A stretch of 63,967 nt of DNA, counting the filler, from Blastocystis sp. subtype 4 (lineage: Eukaryota): NCBI RefSeq assembly GCF_000743755.1. It is 13 parts of 13 records of this genome, joined end to end, with 100 filler letters (N's around TTAATTAATTAA, not from the genome) between each part and the next. Parts side by side here need not be neighbours in the genome. Positions count along the whole stretch, not along the records: positions 24,151 to 28,357 come from NW_014569024.1; positions 28,458 to 32,657 come from NW_014569023.1; positions 32,758 to 36,942 come from NW_014569022.1; positions 37,043 to 41,765 come from NW_014569021.1; 9 more parts are not named here. One strand, given 5' to 3'. Within the stretch, counting starts at the first letter, position 1. Every line of letters starts with the position of its first letter. The position numbers and the translations under genes are program-made. Shown piece by piece: positions 26,526 through 40,113 of the stretch. The notes beneath the pieces are model-generated. The model had not been told where the DNA came from. It saw nothing but the letters and a program-made list of their open reading frames with translations, and ran no database searches.

Positions 26526-28277
26526 ATGAGCGTTGCTGATGCAATAGGAATTGATCTGGGTACCAGTAATACTGTATCAGCTATTGTAAAGAACGGACGT
26601 GTTGAAGTGATCGCAAATGAACTTGGAGATCGTGTCACTCCCTCTTATGTTGCATTCCCACCTAAGAAGAATCCTCCATTGATTGTGGGAAAACTTGCCA
26701 GAAATCGGTTAAAGACCAGACCAGAAGGAGTCATCCATGATTGCAAACGATTGATGGGTGTAAAGTACTCTGATTGTGTGGTACAGCAAATGAAAAAGAC
26801 GATGACATTTGACATTGTTGATGTCAATGATGAACCAATGATTTCGGTGACTCAGTCGGGTCAGAGCCAATTGCTCTGCCCAGAAAATATCGGAGCCTAT
26901 ATCCTGAGTAATGTTCAGAGCTATTCAAGTCGGTTTGCAGGAAAACAAATAAAGAATGCAGTAGTAACAGTTCCAGCATACTTCAACCAGATTCAGATCC
27001 AGAAGACAAAAGATGCTTGTCGTATTGCAGGGCTTAACCCTATTGGTGTGATTACAGAGCCTGTAGCTGCTGTATATGCGTATGCAGAGTGTAGTCTCTT
27101 TAATGATGATAATGAACATACTGTCCTTATTTATGATCTTGGAGGTGGCACATTTGATGCAACAATTATGAAGATTAAGGGAAGTGAATATACACAAATT
27201 GGAATTGATGGTGATAAGACTCTTGGTGGAAGTACAATTGACGCTATTCTCATGCAATGGATGATTGAGCAATACGAAGCGAGTTGTGGAACCACGTTCG
27301 ATCGAAAGTATTACGGCAAATTACGGTTTCAGTGTGAAGCTGCAAAGATTGATTTGCGTCAGAGAGACGAATCGGAGATTGAGATCGATGATGACTCCTT
27401 AACAATCACTATAGCAAATCTGAATTCCCTGATTCGACCAATTATTGCTCATTCCATTGAGATCTGTGATCGGTTGATCACGAGTTGTAAGATCCAAATT
27501 GGGGATATTGACGATATTGTTCTCGTAGGTGGTTCGTCTCGATTGCGACTTGTCCACAGTATGCTAACCGATCATTATCATCGAGTTTTGAAAGAGTCCA
27601 TTAATCCTGATGAATGTGTTGCTTATGGAGCTGCTAAATATGCTTACTTCTTAAACAGAAATGAGAGTATTCCCGTGGTGATGAAGAACATTATCGTCAG
27701 TAGTACCTGTCCTTCGGATATTGGCGTAGACATTAACGGAAGGATGTTTGCGGTGATCCCACGCAATGCTTCTCTCCCATGTCGTTATGGAATGAAGTGT
27801 TGTAACGAAAGAGACTATTGCAAAAGAATCAATGTGAACGTATATCAAGGAAATGCTGCTGAGAATATCAACAATGTGAGGTTGAGAACAATCTCGATTA
27901 AGAACTTCACGCCTCAACCTCGTGGAAAGAATGTTTTTACCATTTTATTCAATATGGACAAGACAGGAGTTTTGAATATTAGTATTCGTGATGAATCTAC
28001 GGGAATTGTCTCAAGGTATCGCAATATTCAAGCAAACCTTTCAGAAGAGGAGATTACAGCGAAACGAACCGATCTTGAGAGTCTGGAGCGGGAGACTGAA
28101 TCATACATGCTGTTGCAGAAACGGATAAACGAGGTTCAAACCAAAATGTACGATAAGTTGTTACATGCAACGAATGAATCGGTTGAAGCAACCCTACGAC
28201 AACTGATCAATGAAGTAGCAACTGTAGTTGATCCCCAGCAATTGAGTATTATTGAAGCACGTGTAAATTCACTTTGA
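26526..28277 (+). CDS. Divergent intronless Hsp70-family ATPase
   Basis: GIDLGTSN, TPSYVAF, AVVTVPAYFN, IYDLGGGTFD, VLVGGSSR, NPDECVAYGAA; no EEVD or KDEL. Confidence 0.92.
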   Translation: MSVADAIGIDLGTSNTVSAIVKNGRVEVIANELGDRVTPSYVAFPPKKNPPLIVGKLARNRLKTRPEGVIHDCKRLMGVKYSDCVVQQMKKTMTFDIVDVNDEPMISVTQSGQSQLLCPENIGAYILSNVQSYSSRFAGKQIKNAVVTVPAYFNQIQIQKTKDACRIAGLNPIGVITEPVAAVYAYAECSLFNDDNEHTVLIYDLGGGTFDATIMKIKGSEYTQIGIDGDKTLGGSTIDAILMQWMIEQYEASCGTTFDRKYYGKLRFQCEAAKIDLRQRDESEIEIDDDSLTITIANLNSLIRPIIAHSIEICDRLITSCKIQIGDIDDIVLVGGSSRLRLVHSMLTDHYHRVLKESINPDECVAYGAAKYAYFLNRNESIPVVMKNIIVSSTCPSDIGVDINGRMFAVIPRNASLPCRYGMKCCNERDYCKRINVNVYQGNAAENINNVRLRTISIKNFTPQPRGKNVFTILFNMDKTGVLNISIRDESTGIVSRYRNIQANLSEEEITAKRTDLESLERETESYMLLQKRINEVQTKMYDKLLHATNESVEATLRQLINEVATVVDPQQLSIIEARVNSL

Positions 28278-28705
28278 TGTGTTTGTTGACAATCTGATCA
28301 TTGCGACAATTGTCTTGATTCTGGGAATTGGGTTGACCCCATTCTGAAGGTCCATTTNNNNNNNNNNNNNNNNNNNNNNNNNNNNNNNNNNNNNNNNNNN
28401 NTTAATTAATTAANNNNNNNNNNNNNNNNNNNNNNNNNNNNNNNNNNNNNNNNNNNNTTTTGGATCATTATCAGGCATGTCGGAAGGCGGCAGATAGCAA
28501 TATTTATACTCTACGCTTCTTGAGTGAGACGATGGAGAAGGAATGATGTCATTTATCGATTTGATGTGTTTGTTGTACCATAGGTAGTAATCACTGTCTT
28601 TGATAATCAAAGGATTACTGCTCATACCAATGTAGTTTCTCCAGTTTTGTTCTTGATTTGTTGAATATCGTAGGGATTAGTCGTTGAACAACTTAGAAAT
28701 AGGCT

Positions 28706-29778
28706 ATGTTTGCTGCTGCTGCAAAGACTGCTGTCAAGGTACGTTTTGGGTAGAGATGCTTGATATGTAGGCTACTCGCTCCTTCGGAACTGCTGCTCCT
28801 AGAATTCTCATCACTGGAGCTTGTGGACAGATCGGTACTGAGTTCGTTACTCGTTTGTGTGGTTCTGTGAGTTAATGACTAGTCCTCCGTAAGAAGTACG
28901 GTGTTGAGAACGTCATTGCCTCGGATCTGCGTTTCCCTAACAGAGAGTTCCAGACTTCGGGACCTTCTGCTTTCCTCGATGTAACTGACAAGAGCAACAT
29001 CACTCGTCTGGTTGCTGAGAACGGAATTACCTGGATTATTCACCTTGGTGCTCTTCTGTCTGCGATTGGTGAGAAGATGCCCCAGAAGGCTCTTGAGGTG
29101 AATGTTCACGGAAGCGAGAACATCATCGATGTGGCTCGTCAGTACAAGTGCCGTCTGTACATTCCTTCTACTATTGGTGCTTTCGGTCCCTCAACTCCTA
29201 AGGAGATGACTCCTGATGAGACTATCATGAGACCCACCACAATGTACGGAGTGTCGAAGGTGCATCTGGAGTTGCTGGGAGAGTATTACCATCGTACTGC
29301 TGGACTCGATTTCCGTAGCTGCAGATATCCTGGAATCATCTCCAACAAGGCTCTGCCTGGCGGTGGTACCACAGATTATGCTATTGATATCTTCTATGAG
29401 GCTATCAAGCATCACCACTACACTTGCTTCTTGAGCGCCAATACTCCTCTGCCCATGATGTACATGCCCGATTGTCTGCGTGGAACTCTGGAGCTCATCG
29501 AGGCTGATCGCAGCAAGCTGACTCAGTGTGTGTACAACATCGCTGCTGTGACCTTCACTCCTGCTCAGATTGCCGAGAACATCAAGAAGTACATGCCTGA
29601 CTTCACCATCGACTACAAGCCTGATAGCAGACAGGCCATTGCCGACTCTTGGCCTTACTCTCTCGATGATAGCCATGCTCGTAGAGATTGGGGCTGGAAG
29701 GAGGAGTACGATATGGATGCTATGACTCGCGATATGTTGACGGAGATTGAGAAGAAGCTGAAGAACGCCAAGAACTAA
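28706..29778 (+). CDS. TDH: L-threonine 3-dehydrogenase (SDR type, N-terminal targeting-like peptide)
   Basis: ILITGACGQIG, PSTIGAFG, RPTTMYGVSK, PGGGTTDYA, QAIADSWP. Confidence 0.93.
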
Positions 29779-29877
29779 GAAACGTTTCACGTTAACTTCT
29801 TTTTCTATTTGTTGTTTTTATACACCATTTAATGAGTGTCCCTAAGGAATTTAGGGATAAAACTCTTTGGATTGTGA

Positions 29878-31269
29878 ATGATCATTGGTTCTATCTGGTT
29901 GCATATCAAATTACTTCATTATGATATAGGGTGAGGGGGCAGCCCATCTAGTACTTCAGTATCGAGGAACAGAGGATTCTCTTCAGGGGCATGTGTTACG
30001 AGTTCCTAAGGTTGTTCATGGATATAGTATGGTGATTCATAGACAAACCTAAGTAATTTGTCTCCAGAACAGACGATGTTGGATAGGCGAATGATTCAAA
30101 TGTTGGGATCTGGATCTGTGTATGTTCCGAAATGTTATCAAATAGAAATGTCGTAAAAATGGATTCTGATGATCTGTAGTGAGAATCCAGAAGAGCTATT
30201 GAAGATTCAGACTCTCAGAAAGGTTTAAATTATTCCAGTTAACCTAATGGTATAGTCAAAATCCTGGAATCATTTAGATACTGCTCTCACTCGGTTCAAG
30301 TCATTCCTTATGGAAGATGCATCGTATATTCCTTCTTTATTGGACTCAATAACCTATTCGTTTGAACTAAAACCCAAGTGGGGAGACTTACCGAAGTAGG
30401 ATATGGTGAGATCGAAATCACATAGAAACCCCCTGAGTAAAGCCGAAAAGGTGATGTGTCGTCATTGCATTCAACAATATCAGAAGTTACGAATGGGCAA
30501 GGTAAAGGAAATCTCTCAGTTTTGCCCCATTCAATTGTTTGGAGATTCTAAAAGCCAACTCACAGCATTGATGGCTCTGTTCCAGACACCTCAGAACAAT
30601 TTCGTATTTCGAGTGAATGGAGAACATGTAATGGATTAACCACTCTTGGTGACTAGAGGAATATAAACGAAATGAGAGAACTTCCATTTCCGTGGGATAA
30701 AGCAGTGATCTTGGAGGAACTAACGGATTTGTGTGATGCAGAAATGGCTGCTGAGTTTATGCATTCAACACTATCACACACAGAACAGTCGATCCTTCTC
30801 TTGGTGTTACAGGCATTACAACATAGTCATATCTTGGATTTGCTGAAGCACATTCAAGTGAAAGAAGATTAGGATTATAATGAATAGAATGTGAGTGATA
30901 TGAACGATAGAATGGCAATGGATGCATACAACTCCCTTAAGAATAATCCATCATCCGTTAGGATTCGTGAAGCATTGAATGAATATGTTATAAGTCGTGG
31001 TGCTCGTGACTGCTCACTCCTGATCACTGCCAGAGAAGTACCCAAAGGGACAGCAGCTTGTTTACCATCCTGTTTTACTGTCGAATGGATATCCTTTTGA
31101 GTGATTATCAGTAGGTCTTAACACTACGGTGAGATATGCTTTATGATTCGCATAGGAATTGTGGATTATGAAGCAAAACAAATTGATAAGATCCCGCTGT
31201 GGTATGAACAGCAAACTGAAATCCTGAAATGCTTTGAAGAAGATCATGGAATGATCAAGAAGTGTATTT
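29878..31269 (+). CDS. IPK1: Inositol-pentakisphosphate 2-kinase (multi-intron; end approximate)
   Basis: WFYL-GEGAAHLV, FELKPKWG, CRHCIQQ, FCPIQLF, LFQTPQNNF, ARDCSLLIT, IVDYEAK. Confidence 0.85.
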
Positions 31270-31297
31270 CAATTGTTTCATACAAACAGAATCATAA

Positions 31298-32311
31298 CAA
31301 TAAGGAAGATATAATAACAGATTCACTATGTGATAAACTACTGAGATTCTTCACATCAGTCACACATTTCTTCCACAAAAAGGATTCACCTGACATACAG
31401 CGAAATGCCTTCAATATTTCACAAATACGAAAAACTGCTGCATCTGAAAGTGGTGAATATACCTCAATCAGAGAGAATTCCCCTTCTACATCCTTGGCTC
31501 CTAATAATCTACAATGAAATCATACTTTCAAATATACATTCGATAAAGTGACAGAAATGTATCTTGGTATTTGATCATGAATGGTAAATACCGAAATTGA
31601 AGTGAAAGAGTTGCTATGATATAGGTAGTATAATTATCGGTCATTCCCTTGATTGGTGATGGAACTAGAAATCAACTGATCCAACTAGAATGACCCTCGA
31701 TTCGATTTGTATTCAGAATTCTCTGATACTGTTCCAAATTGTCACTAGTGAGATTATGAGGTTGTCCATTGGATGTAACTTCATGATATATCTACACGTC
31801 AGACACTTTCCAGAAAACAACAGATGAAAACAAAATGGAAGGTTCTTGACTCTTCTTGATAGTCACAAGAGATTCAATATAAACGATCTTCTGTAAACAA
31901 ATCTCCAGAGCTAGAGATGAATATTCCAGCATCACAGATACATAATAGAGTGTGAGATTGAGAGTAAGAACGCATATAAGAATATAGTACATACGACGAC
32001 AGTGATACAACAAAACTCATGATATCATTGCTTCGGCTTCCAAGACAATAGTAAAGAGAAGAGCACACAGCCTGTAATTCCTATGACTCAATCCAAGAAA
32101 ATGAACCAACGACACTATCTTCCTTAGAATTCATTATTGTGTTAATCATATATGTCCTTAAAGATTCGTTCTTCGATATATCAACGATATCAGAATCCGA
32201 GAAGCGATTCAGATTGGACAAGAAGGACTTTCCATCATTTTCCACTTCTTGGATTTTTGTTTGCACTGGAACACTAAATTCTTCCTTGATACTCTCAATA
32301 GAACGTGCCAT
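31298..32311 (-). CDS. Hypothetical protein (spliced; end approximate)
   Basis: ORF pieces linked by short introns; 3' motif TGTTTGTA near 31281. Confidence 0.4.
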
Positions 32312-32554
32312 TTGATAGAATCTGAGATATAGGGATTGAAGGTATGATTATTCATTATCACTGGTCATTATCTTATTCAACGATCTGCTTAAATACACAC
32401 TATTCAGGGAAACAGTTACAATAGAAAAGTTATCCAACCTATTTAAAGTCGATCTGAGTATCTTTAGCCGAATCGAATCCATTGAAATCTACAAATGACA
32501 ACCCCAGAAGAAGAATATGAAGAGAGAATCCGTCGCAATAGCATTGAGTGCATG

Positions 32555-32657
32555 ATGGCACGCGATCGTGTAGCGATTGTGGGAAGTGGAAACTGGTACA
32601 ATTCATGTAATTGGGATCACGAATAGGGCGTCTGCCTTGTCAATTATTCTTGGAAAG
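32555..32657 (+). CDS. NAD-dependent glycerol-3-phosphate dehydrogenase, 5' fragment
   Basis: MARDRVAIVGSGNW-(intron)-ASALSIILGK Rossmann start. Confidence 0.7.
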
Positions 32658-32903
32658 NNNNNNNNNNNNNNNNNNNNNNNNNNNNNNNNNNNNNNNNNNN
32701 NTTAATTAATTAANNNNNNNNNNNNNNNNNNNNNNNNNNNNNNNNNNNNNNNNNNNNGAACATGCAGGAGTTTACACAACTCTAATCACAAAGCAGTTGT
32801 CAAGAATTGTCCTTAATAACTGATCTCTTTGATTATCATATCAATGGAATCACTGAACATGCATGAAACCATTCATTCATAAAACCTCAAACTCAAGAAC
32901 GAA

Positions 32904-34062
32904 ATGGTATTGGATGGGAGAAATTGGATAATGGATGTAGGCTGCTCGCCCTGTTGTTTCTGTTTATTCCGTTGAGAACGCCGATGCTGTAAGCAGCACC
33001 GTTGCCCTTCCTGCTGTGTTCACTGCTCCTATCCGTACGGATATTGTTCAGTTCGTTCACACCAAGTGAGTTTTGTGTGTGTTTGTGTAACTGTGTAGTA
33101 TGGCTAAGAACGATCGTCAGCCCTACGCTGTATTCAAGCGTGCTGGTCATCAGCACTCTGCTATCTCGTGGGGAACTGGAAGAGCTGTGGCTCGTGTTCC
33201 TCGTGTGTCTGGAGGTGGTACTGCTCGTTCTGGTCAGGGAGCCTTCGCTAACATGTGTCGCAAGGGTCGTATGTTCGCTCCTACGAAGATCTGGAGAAAG
33301 TGGCACCGTAGAATCAATACCAACCAGAAGAGATATGCTGTGATGTCTGCTCTGGCTGCTACTGCGGTTCCTGCTCTGGTGATGGCTCGTGGTCATCGTA
33401 TTGATGAGGTGCGTGAGATTCCTTTCGTTGTGAGCGACGAGATTTGCAATATGAAGAAGACGAAGGAGGCTATTGCTTTCATGAAGAAGGCTGGTTGCTA
33501 TGAGGATGTGGAGAAGGTGGCTGAGAGCAAGAAGATTCGTTGTGGAAAGGGAAAGATGCGAAATCGCCGTTACACAACTCGTCTGGGACCTATGATTGTG
33601 TATGCTGATGGTGAGGAGACGATTACCTTTGGTTTCCGTAACCTCCCTGGTGTTGAGCTGTGCAATGTGAATCGTCTGAATCTGCTCCGTCTGGCTCCTG
33701 GTGGTCATGTGGGTCGTTTCATGATCTGGACGAAGGCTGCTTTTGAGAAGGTGGATTCTCTGTACACTCTTCCTCACAATGTCCTCTCCAGTGCTGATAT
33801 CAACCGTGTGATCAACTCGGCTGAAATCCAGGCTGTTGTGCGTCCTGCTAAGAAGATTGTGGCTTCCAAGAAGGCCAATCCTCTGCGCAACAAGGCTGTT
33901 ATGGATGAGTTGAATCCTTATGCTGCGATTGCTCGTGCTGCTGAGCAGAAGGCTATTGCTGAGAACATCAAGAACAAGGCTGCCAATCAGGAGAAGAAGC
34001 GTGCTCTGAAGGCCAAGTTCGCTGAGCAGAAGGCTGCTTACTATGAGAGCATGATGCAATAA
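32904..34062 (+). CDS. RPL4: 60S ribosomal protein L4 (uL4)
   Basis: [57 protein letters not shown]. Confidence 0.98.
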
Positions 34063-34174
34063 GCTGAACAATTGAGTGAGGTTCATTCTGTTTGTAAGGA
34101 TCAACAAACACATAGCTAAGATTCATATCACTACAAACTACGATCCCCAGAAATCCCAGGAAAACACAAATAGA

Positions 34175-35431
34175 AACACGTTAATGTTTACACACTTTCA
34201 GAATATGTGTATTATTCTTTGTTCGTTTCACCAACCGTTGCATATAGTAGTAATTCGTCATATAATTTCCAGATTGAGTATTAGTAACATGTGATTTCTG
34301 AAATCGAGATCTAGACCTCAAATAAATATTTCTTTCCTACGGCAAGTGAGGTAAATCAAATGCAAACACCTTTCCTGCCAAAATAAATCGATATTCTTCT
34401 CTTCGTAATGTTTCCACATATGAAATCTTGTTAAAACCATAATTGATGAAAGCTTCATTAAAAAGGGCAATAGAATCATTTCGAGCCACTAAGAGATATC
34501 TATGTCTTAGAAATCATGAGAATACTACGGTTCCTGTAAGTCATTTTTCCAACATGCATAATCATAGTAATCCAAATAATTTCCTCTTCTTTTATCATCA
34601 ATCCATTTCTGAGGAACATAGAGCTTATATTTAAGAGATATATCAATCCATACATGTGTAAACAACCCTTTCTTCATTGGTGAGCATTTCGATATCTTCA
34701 CACATTCTAGCAAATCGCTCATTGAGAAGGGAATTCGATTCAACACAGATGCTACTTGCTCCTGGAGTGTTCCATTAGTGATTGTCCATCCCGTATGGAA
34801 AAATGCAGGAATGATCACAGCAGTTCGAGTTGACTGTTTGATCTCTTCAGGAAGAGTAAGGAGTGTCTGATAGGAACCCTCTAGGATTAGATAAGGAGAT
34901 CCACTACTTACGACTCATCCACATGTCCATATCCAGAACAATGAAGTGACTGGTTCGAACATTTCGAATTCCAATATTCCGGAGAATATTAATTGGATAG
35001 TTATCATAAAAGAATGCTCCTTTTTCGGCAACATATGTCAGAATTCGAATCCGTGGATTGCAGAGAATGGAGTGCGACGAATCTCTTAGAAATTCATCCA
35101 AATTGGATTGCTGTTCTTCTAATAGATGGATTACAAACACAATAGGACTACATGATAAACACGACAATTCACTTACCCATCCCAACGACTGGCAAAAATA
35201 GGAAGGATAAAGAGGCGATTGAAGCTTCCAACCGTTACAACAGTGATATCAAAGGTTGATGTGTTGGGAGTTTCAGCTACAAGTTAGAGTACATAGAATT
35301 GGGTACAAAAAGATTTGCTGATTATGTGATGAGTTTCACATGTATCATACAGATACAACGACATACCTCGTTCTCGTGGAGGGATTTTTTCTTTTTTGGA
35401 TGGTGCCTTTGTTATTTCTTGCACTTGCATA
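34175..35431 (-). CDS. GT49 (LARGE-like) glycosyltransferase (spliced; ends approximate)
   Basis: YPINILRNIGIRNVRTSHFIVLDMDMW, AVIIPAF, QEPYLLV, FINYGFNK. Confidence 0.8.
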
Positions 35432-35699
35432 ATAGAATCCTACAGTTTAGAATCCTATAGAAATAACAACAGCAGGAATGGAACGTCCTGACATCTTTTC
35501 TATTAATTCCTCAAGAGAAATATGTCTGTGCTTACCCCCTTCAAATTCACTTCGATGTTTTGGAGTAGAAGCTACATATTACAAACTACAATCAAGCAAA
35601 CTTGAAAACGACTGTAATGCAACTTGTCTATTCTTAGAACTCTCATCAACTATGTCACGAATACTAAAATGACAATCCTTTTCAGGACTCTATAATTGA

Positions 35700-36623
35700 C
35701 TCGATTCTTCAGTGTCCAACGACGAAATTCCCTTTCATAAATACACCAACAGGATAAATAATGACTCTATTATCAAACAACGTAAACAAAGCTACATCAC
35801 AAGTATATACAAAAGGGGAATCAATACATTCATTCTAAATGTAAATAATTCCCTTGTAAAGCTGAATAGATGCCTTTCGATTGCCGAATATGTGGTGAAA
35901 GAAATCTCTTCGATTTTTGTAACACGATAGAATGACATAGAAAACACTATAAATAGAAAAAGAAAAATACAGATATCATCACTGAAGAATTGAAACAGGA
36001 CCAGAACGGATATTCGCATCAAAGGGATCACAAAGATTACTTATGGAAAGATCAGTGAGTGTCAAATCCAAATCCAGCTCAAAAGTTAATAACTCATTTT
36101 TTGGCGATGGATTCGATATAGATTCAGAACTCACTTTATTTTGTAGATCTATTTGTCATAAGTTCACTACCAAGGGAACTATCATTATGTTGGTATTGGA
36201 TCACCCATCGACACACATGAGAAGGGATTGGCACCTCTCTTGATATCTGATAAAGTGTACCCTGTGGGTTGAGTCCAATTATCGTCCATACGATTTCATC
36301 CTCTAATTCTACAAACAGATTGACGTCCCACTCATCAAGAACAAGGTCTTTTATAATATTTCTAGAATTTACCAGTGACGACCAATACAAACAATTGTTT
36401 AAAACAGAGAATCGCCTGGTGGACGACATCATTAACAGTAACCATTTGTCTATTGACAGCAAACACATAATCTGTTTCAGTTCCATTCAATGAAACAAAG
36501 GTTACTCGATAACACTCCATGAAGAGAGAATTATGATAGTGGTTGATCTCATATTGCAAAAGAACTATGTATATCGCTTCAAGACTCCATCAGAAGGGTT
36601 TAAGTCAATAATGATGGTAACAT
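35700..36623 (-). CDS. Hypothetical protein (spliced; boundaries approximate)
   Basis: Several minus-strand ORF segments; no recognisable motif. Confidence 0.3.
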
Positions 36624-37042
36624 GGTTTCTGTCACTTCTATCACAATGATGGTTCAGAAAGCCACTCAGGTCATGTATGGACCTATCCAAAACGAAAGCA
36701 ACCATTCCTCTCCTTCTCTTCCTTCAAAACTGTTTCTATTCATTGAATTCAATCATTATCTATGGGAAGAAGCACTTTGAAACAGTAACACCAAAGAAAT
36801 CATCCAGAGAAAAAAGTACCAACCAAGGGACCACAATTGAACCAGGGAGAAATGCCCAGATTTCCGTATTACCTTCTCTTATTTAACCACCCATTTTGGT
36901 AGTTCTGTCCCATTTCAACCCACGGGGATTCCAGGAACTTTCNNNNNNNNNNNNNNNNNNNNNNNNNNNNNNNNNNNNNNNNNNNNTTAATTAATTAANN
37001 NNNNNNNNNNNNNNNNNNNNNNNNNNNNNNNNNNNNNNNNNN

Positions 37043-38215
37043 ACCTCATCAACAGATATGATTGATTTTGATTTGAAATTGAAGACTATTCCAGCAGAAA
37101 CTCTTCTACGTAGTTTAAAGGGTATTGCTAATGATCAACCTTTACAAACAAATTCAGCATATGCTGCTAAGAATGCATTCGAACGTCAATACATATGGTG
37201 GGAAAGTATTGCAGTTCCTGTGAATCTGACATATTTGTTTACTAATGGAGATCAGAGTTGGATCAATCAGATATCCTTCTATGGAACATCTAATTCTGTT
37301 CCTTTTCATGATTCAAGGATTAGTGACAGTACCTGATAAGAATGGAAGTTATGTGATTGTTCAAGCAGATGATTTGGTACATGTTCAAGATGATACATTC
37401 TTATATATGCAAGATCTCTACAAAGTAGATTTCACTCCATCTCGTGCATATGATGGTTTCCGTTTCTTATTCTATAAGGGCTACAACAATAGTAAAACCA
37501 TCAGGTTGGAGAAAATCTACTTCTATGTTCGTTCAAATCGAATGTGTAAAGGAAGTTGGGGAAAGAAGATTCGTGTTGGAGACAGTCAAATTGAGAAGTG
37601 TTCTTTCAAGTATATTGGATACCGTGTTAAACATTGTACATTGGATGTTGAAAGGAAACCCATTTGGGAAACAGATGATTCAATGTGTATCAATCGATAT
37701 GCTCCTAAAGGCATTTCATATGTTGATACTGTATTCACTGTTACTAATCTTCCTTACAGATCTTATGATTCTCTATTTGAGAAGATCAATGCAGTGGTTA
37801 CATCAAATCTGACTGTATGGAATGATGATATCAGTTATCCTATTATGAAGTATCAGAATATCTATGATTGTTCAAGAGAAGTAATGATGCAGAAGAATTG
37901 GGTGATTATGTTGAAATGAAGCTCATTCCAATTCTTCCTCATTTGGGAATTGAAGCTGCTGATAAGATGGACAAGAGCCATGTTCGTCCATTCACAGTTG
38001 AATTTGATTTGAAAGCGACTTATCGTTCTCCTTTCCCTTGGAGTATAGTGTGTTGGATTGCGATTGGTGTTGTCCTTAACATTATGTTACTGGTGTTGGC
38101 TGTATTCTGTGGAAGACTTTCTGTCCGTTCTAATTTGGCTTCTGGAAAGATTCCATCTGTAAAGCGTCTGAAGAAATCTAAGACTGTGAAACAAGAAGAG
38201 GAGCGTCTTTTGTAG
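37043..38215 (+). pseudogene. 3' part of a type-I membrane surface protein (variant copy 1), frameshifted near 37303 and near 37865
   Basis: Near-identical to 41199-41765; lacks GTAGA relative to copy 2; C-terminal TM WSIVCWIAIGVVLNIMLLVLAVFC plus basic tail. Confidence 0.75.
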
Positions 38216-38319
38216 ATATGATTTTGCAGTTCTATTGAAATATGTGTTCATAATCATTTATCAAAGTAATCTATCTAGAAGTGTTTGTGAAAATGACCTA
38301 CACATCTGTCAAATAAACA

Positions 38320-39793
38320 CAGAACATTAAGCCAAAATCCTTTTGGGTATATCGTTCCAAATGATACTGTTGTGATAGAGAGAAGAGTGCTCGACACTTC
38401 AATTCACTATTTATCAAACTGGATTACAAGAACAACCATTCTTCTGGAATATAGAGTTCATTGTACACACAGATCAAGTTTGAAAGAACAGAAGAATCAA
38501 AACAGTTTACAGGATCACGAAGAATGAGAGATTCCAATGTATTCACAGCTTGAGTCAAATCATTACTATGATAGTAACATGCAGAAGCATTCAGAGAAGC
38601 AGCACAGATCAACTCAGGAATCCTATTCTCAATTCCTACTCGAATACTTACATGGAAGAATTTATAGTCCGTTCAAAGTGTTCTAAGGCACTTTTCATTT
38701 CTCCCTTCATTGAATCCAGAACTCCATCAATCAGATGCACAACAGGAAAATCATCATTTGAATCACTAAATCGTTTCTTCATCTCTTCTAATCGCTTTGA
38801 ATCTCCTTCCGATCCAAAGATACAAATTGCTAACAAATAGAGAGAACAATACTCAGATGACTGTCTATTCATCCACTCATTCAAGAGACAACAGAGAGAA
38901 TCATAGTCATCTACTTCTTATTCTTATCAATCATTATCACATTCCTTGAGAAGAATCGTACAAATATCCTTCTGAATCCGGAATATCAAATGTGTATCTA
39001 TCAATGATCCGGATCCCAATTCTTCGAGGAGAGTGTAGAGTTGCGTGAGAGGAACCTTGCCTTCTGAAATTGAAATCTCACAGTTTAGGATTGAAAGTAA
39101 CATGGAAAACTCGGTGTCTTTGTCATTCACAGGTGTTGAAACCTCTCCTGGTAACGAATCCACTTCACTAGCTGGAGAGTCGGTAGGAACTGCAAGAGCC
39201 TTTTCAACTACAACTCGAGCCTCTTGAAAACGCTGTAACTTGAATAGAGCATCAGCAACAATTGCCTTACAATCATACACCAACTAATGATATACACTCT
39301 GATGGATAAAGAACTTCTTGTTACTCGTTTCCAGAGACAGAGAAATGGGATAGAAATGATCCACAATAGATCGTATCATTTGATGTTCATACAATGAGTC
39401 AATATCTTCCAAATTCACTTCTTCAGGAAGCACTTCACATCTTCCAACGAAATCCTTCAAGGCATTATCGTCAGTTGATTTGTAAAGTTCAGTTGACTCT
39501 ACAAATGATGACAACAACAAGACAACACAAACCCTTTGATAATGCAACCGGCTTTCGTGTAAATGGATTCACTACTGGTGGAGGCATTCGGATTACATTT
39601 GCTAAACGATCTAAAGCGGTTATACTCCCTTCTAACACCGACTCTTCAAAAATGGATTTTCAGGAAGAATATTGTTTATACGATCTATGAGTGATGATAC
39701 CTCGTAAAAGGGACTTGCTACTCCTTGTGTGGTTGATGAATCAACATCTTTCTCACTAACCGATTCATGAATTATTTCTGATAATTGACTCAT
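38320..39793 (-). CDS. TPR protein, TRAPPC12-like (spliced; end approximate)
   Basis: TPR-like helices and C-terminal AVNTLESLILRDP..SSVLSNLICVYNEL. Confidence 0.55.
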
Positions 39794-40113
39794 GAATCGT
39801 ATCGCTCAATGATCAAATCTTGAAAAAATAGCTAATAATACAGAACCGCGGTTTCTCGCTATTCACGTTTCTTTTGTATACTAGATGGAAATGATTGTTG
39901 CGATCTCACTATTGGTTCTTAACAGTCCATTTTGTGCTTAGGAGACACCCTATTTGTTGTTTTGAAGCTCATCTCAGATCGACTCATCTGAGACTGTGAA
40001 ATGAATTTTAGTACATCACTGAAGTGATTTGAACAAAGAACTTCATCTTCAGAATAGAATGTAAGATTCCCGCGAACCTGTGTTTACTGGTTCCGCCACA
40101 TAATCTTCTTTCT

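Noticed and set aside
32893..34113. 406-aa antisense ORF over RPL4 (also the antisense ORFs over TDH, RPS14 and AKR)
   Set aside because: Shadow ORFs caused by codon bias in highly expressed genes; no protein-like motifs.
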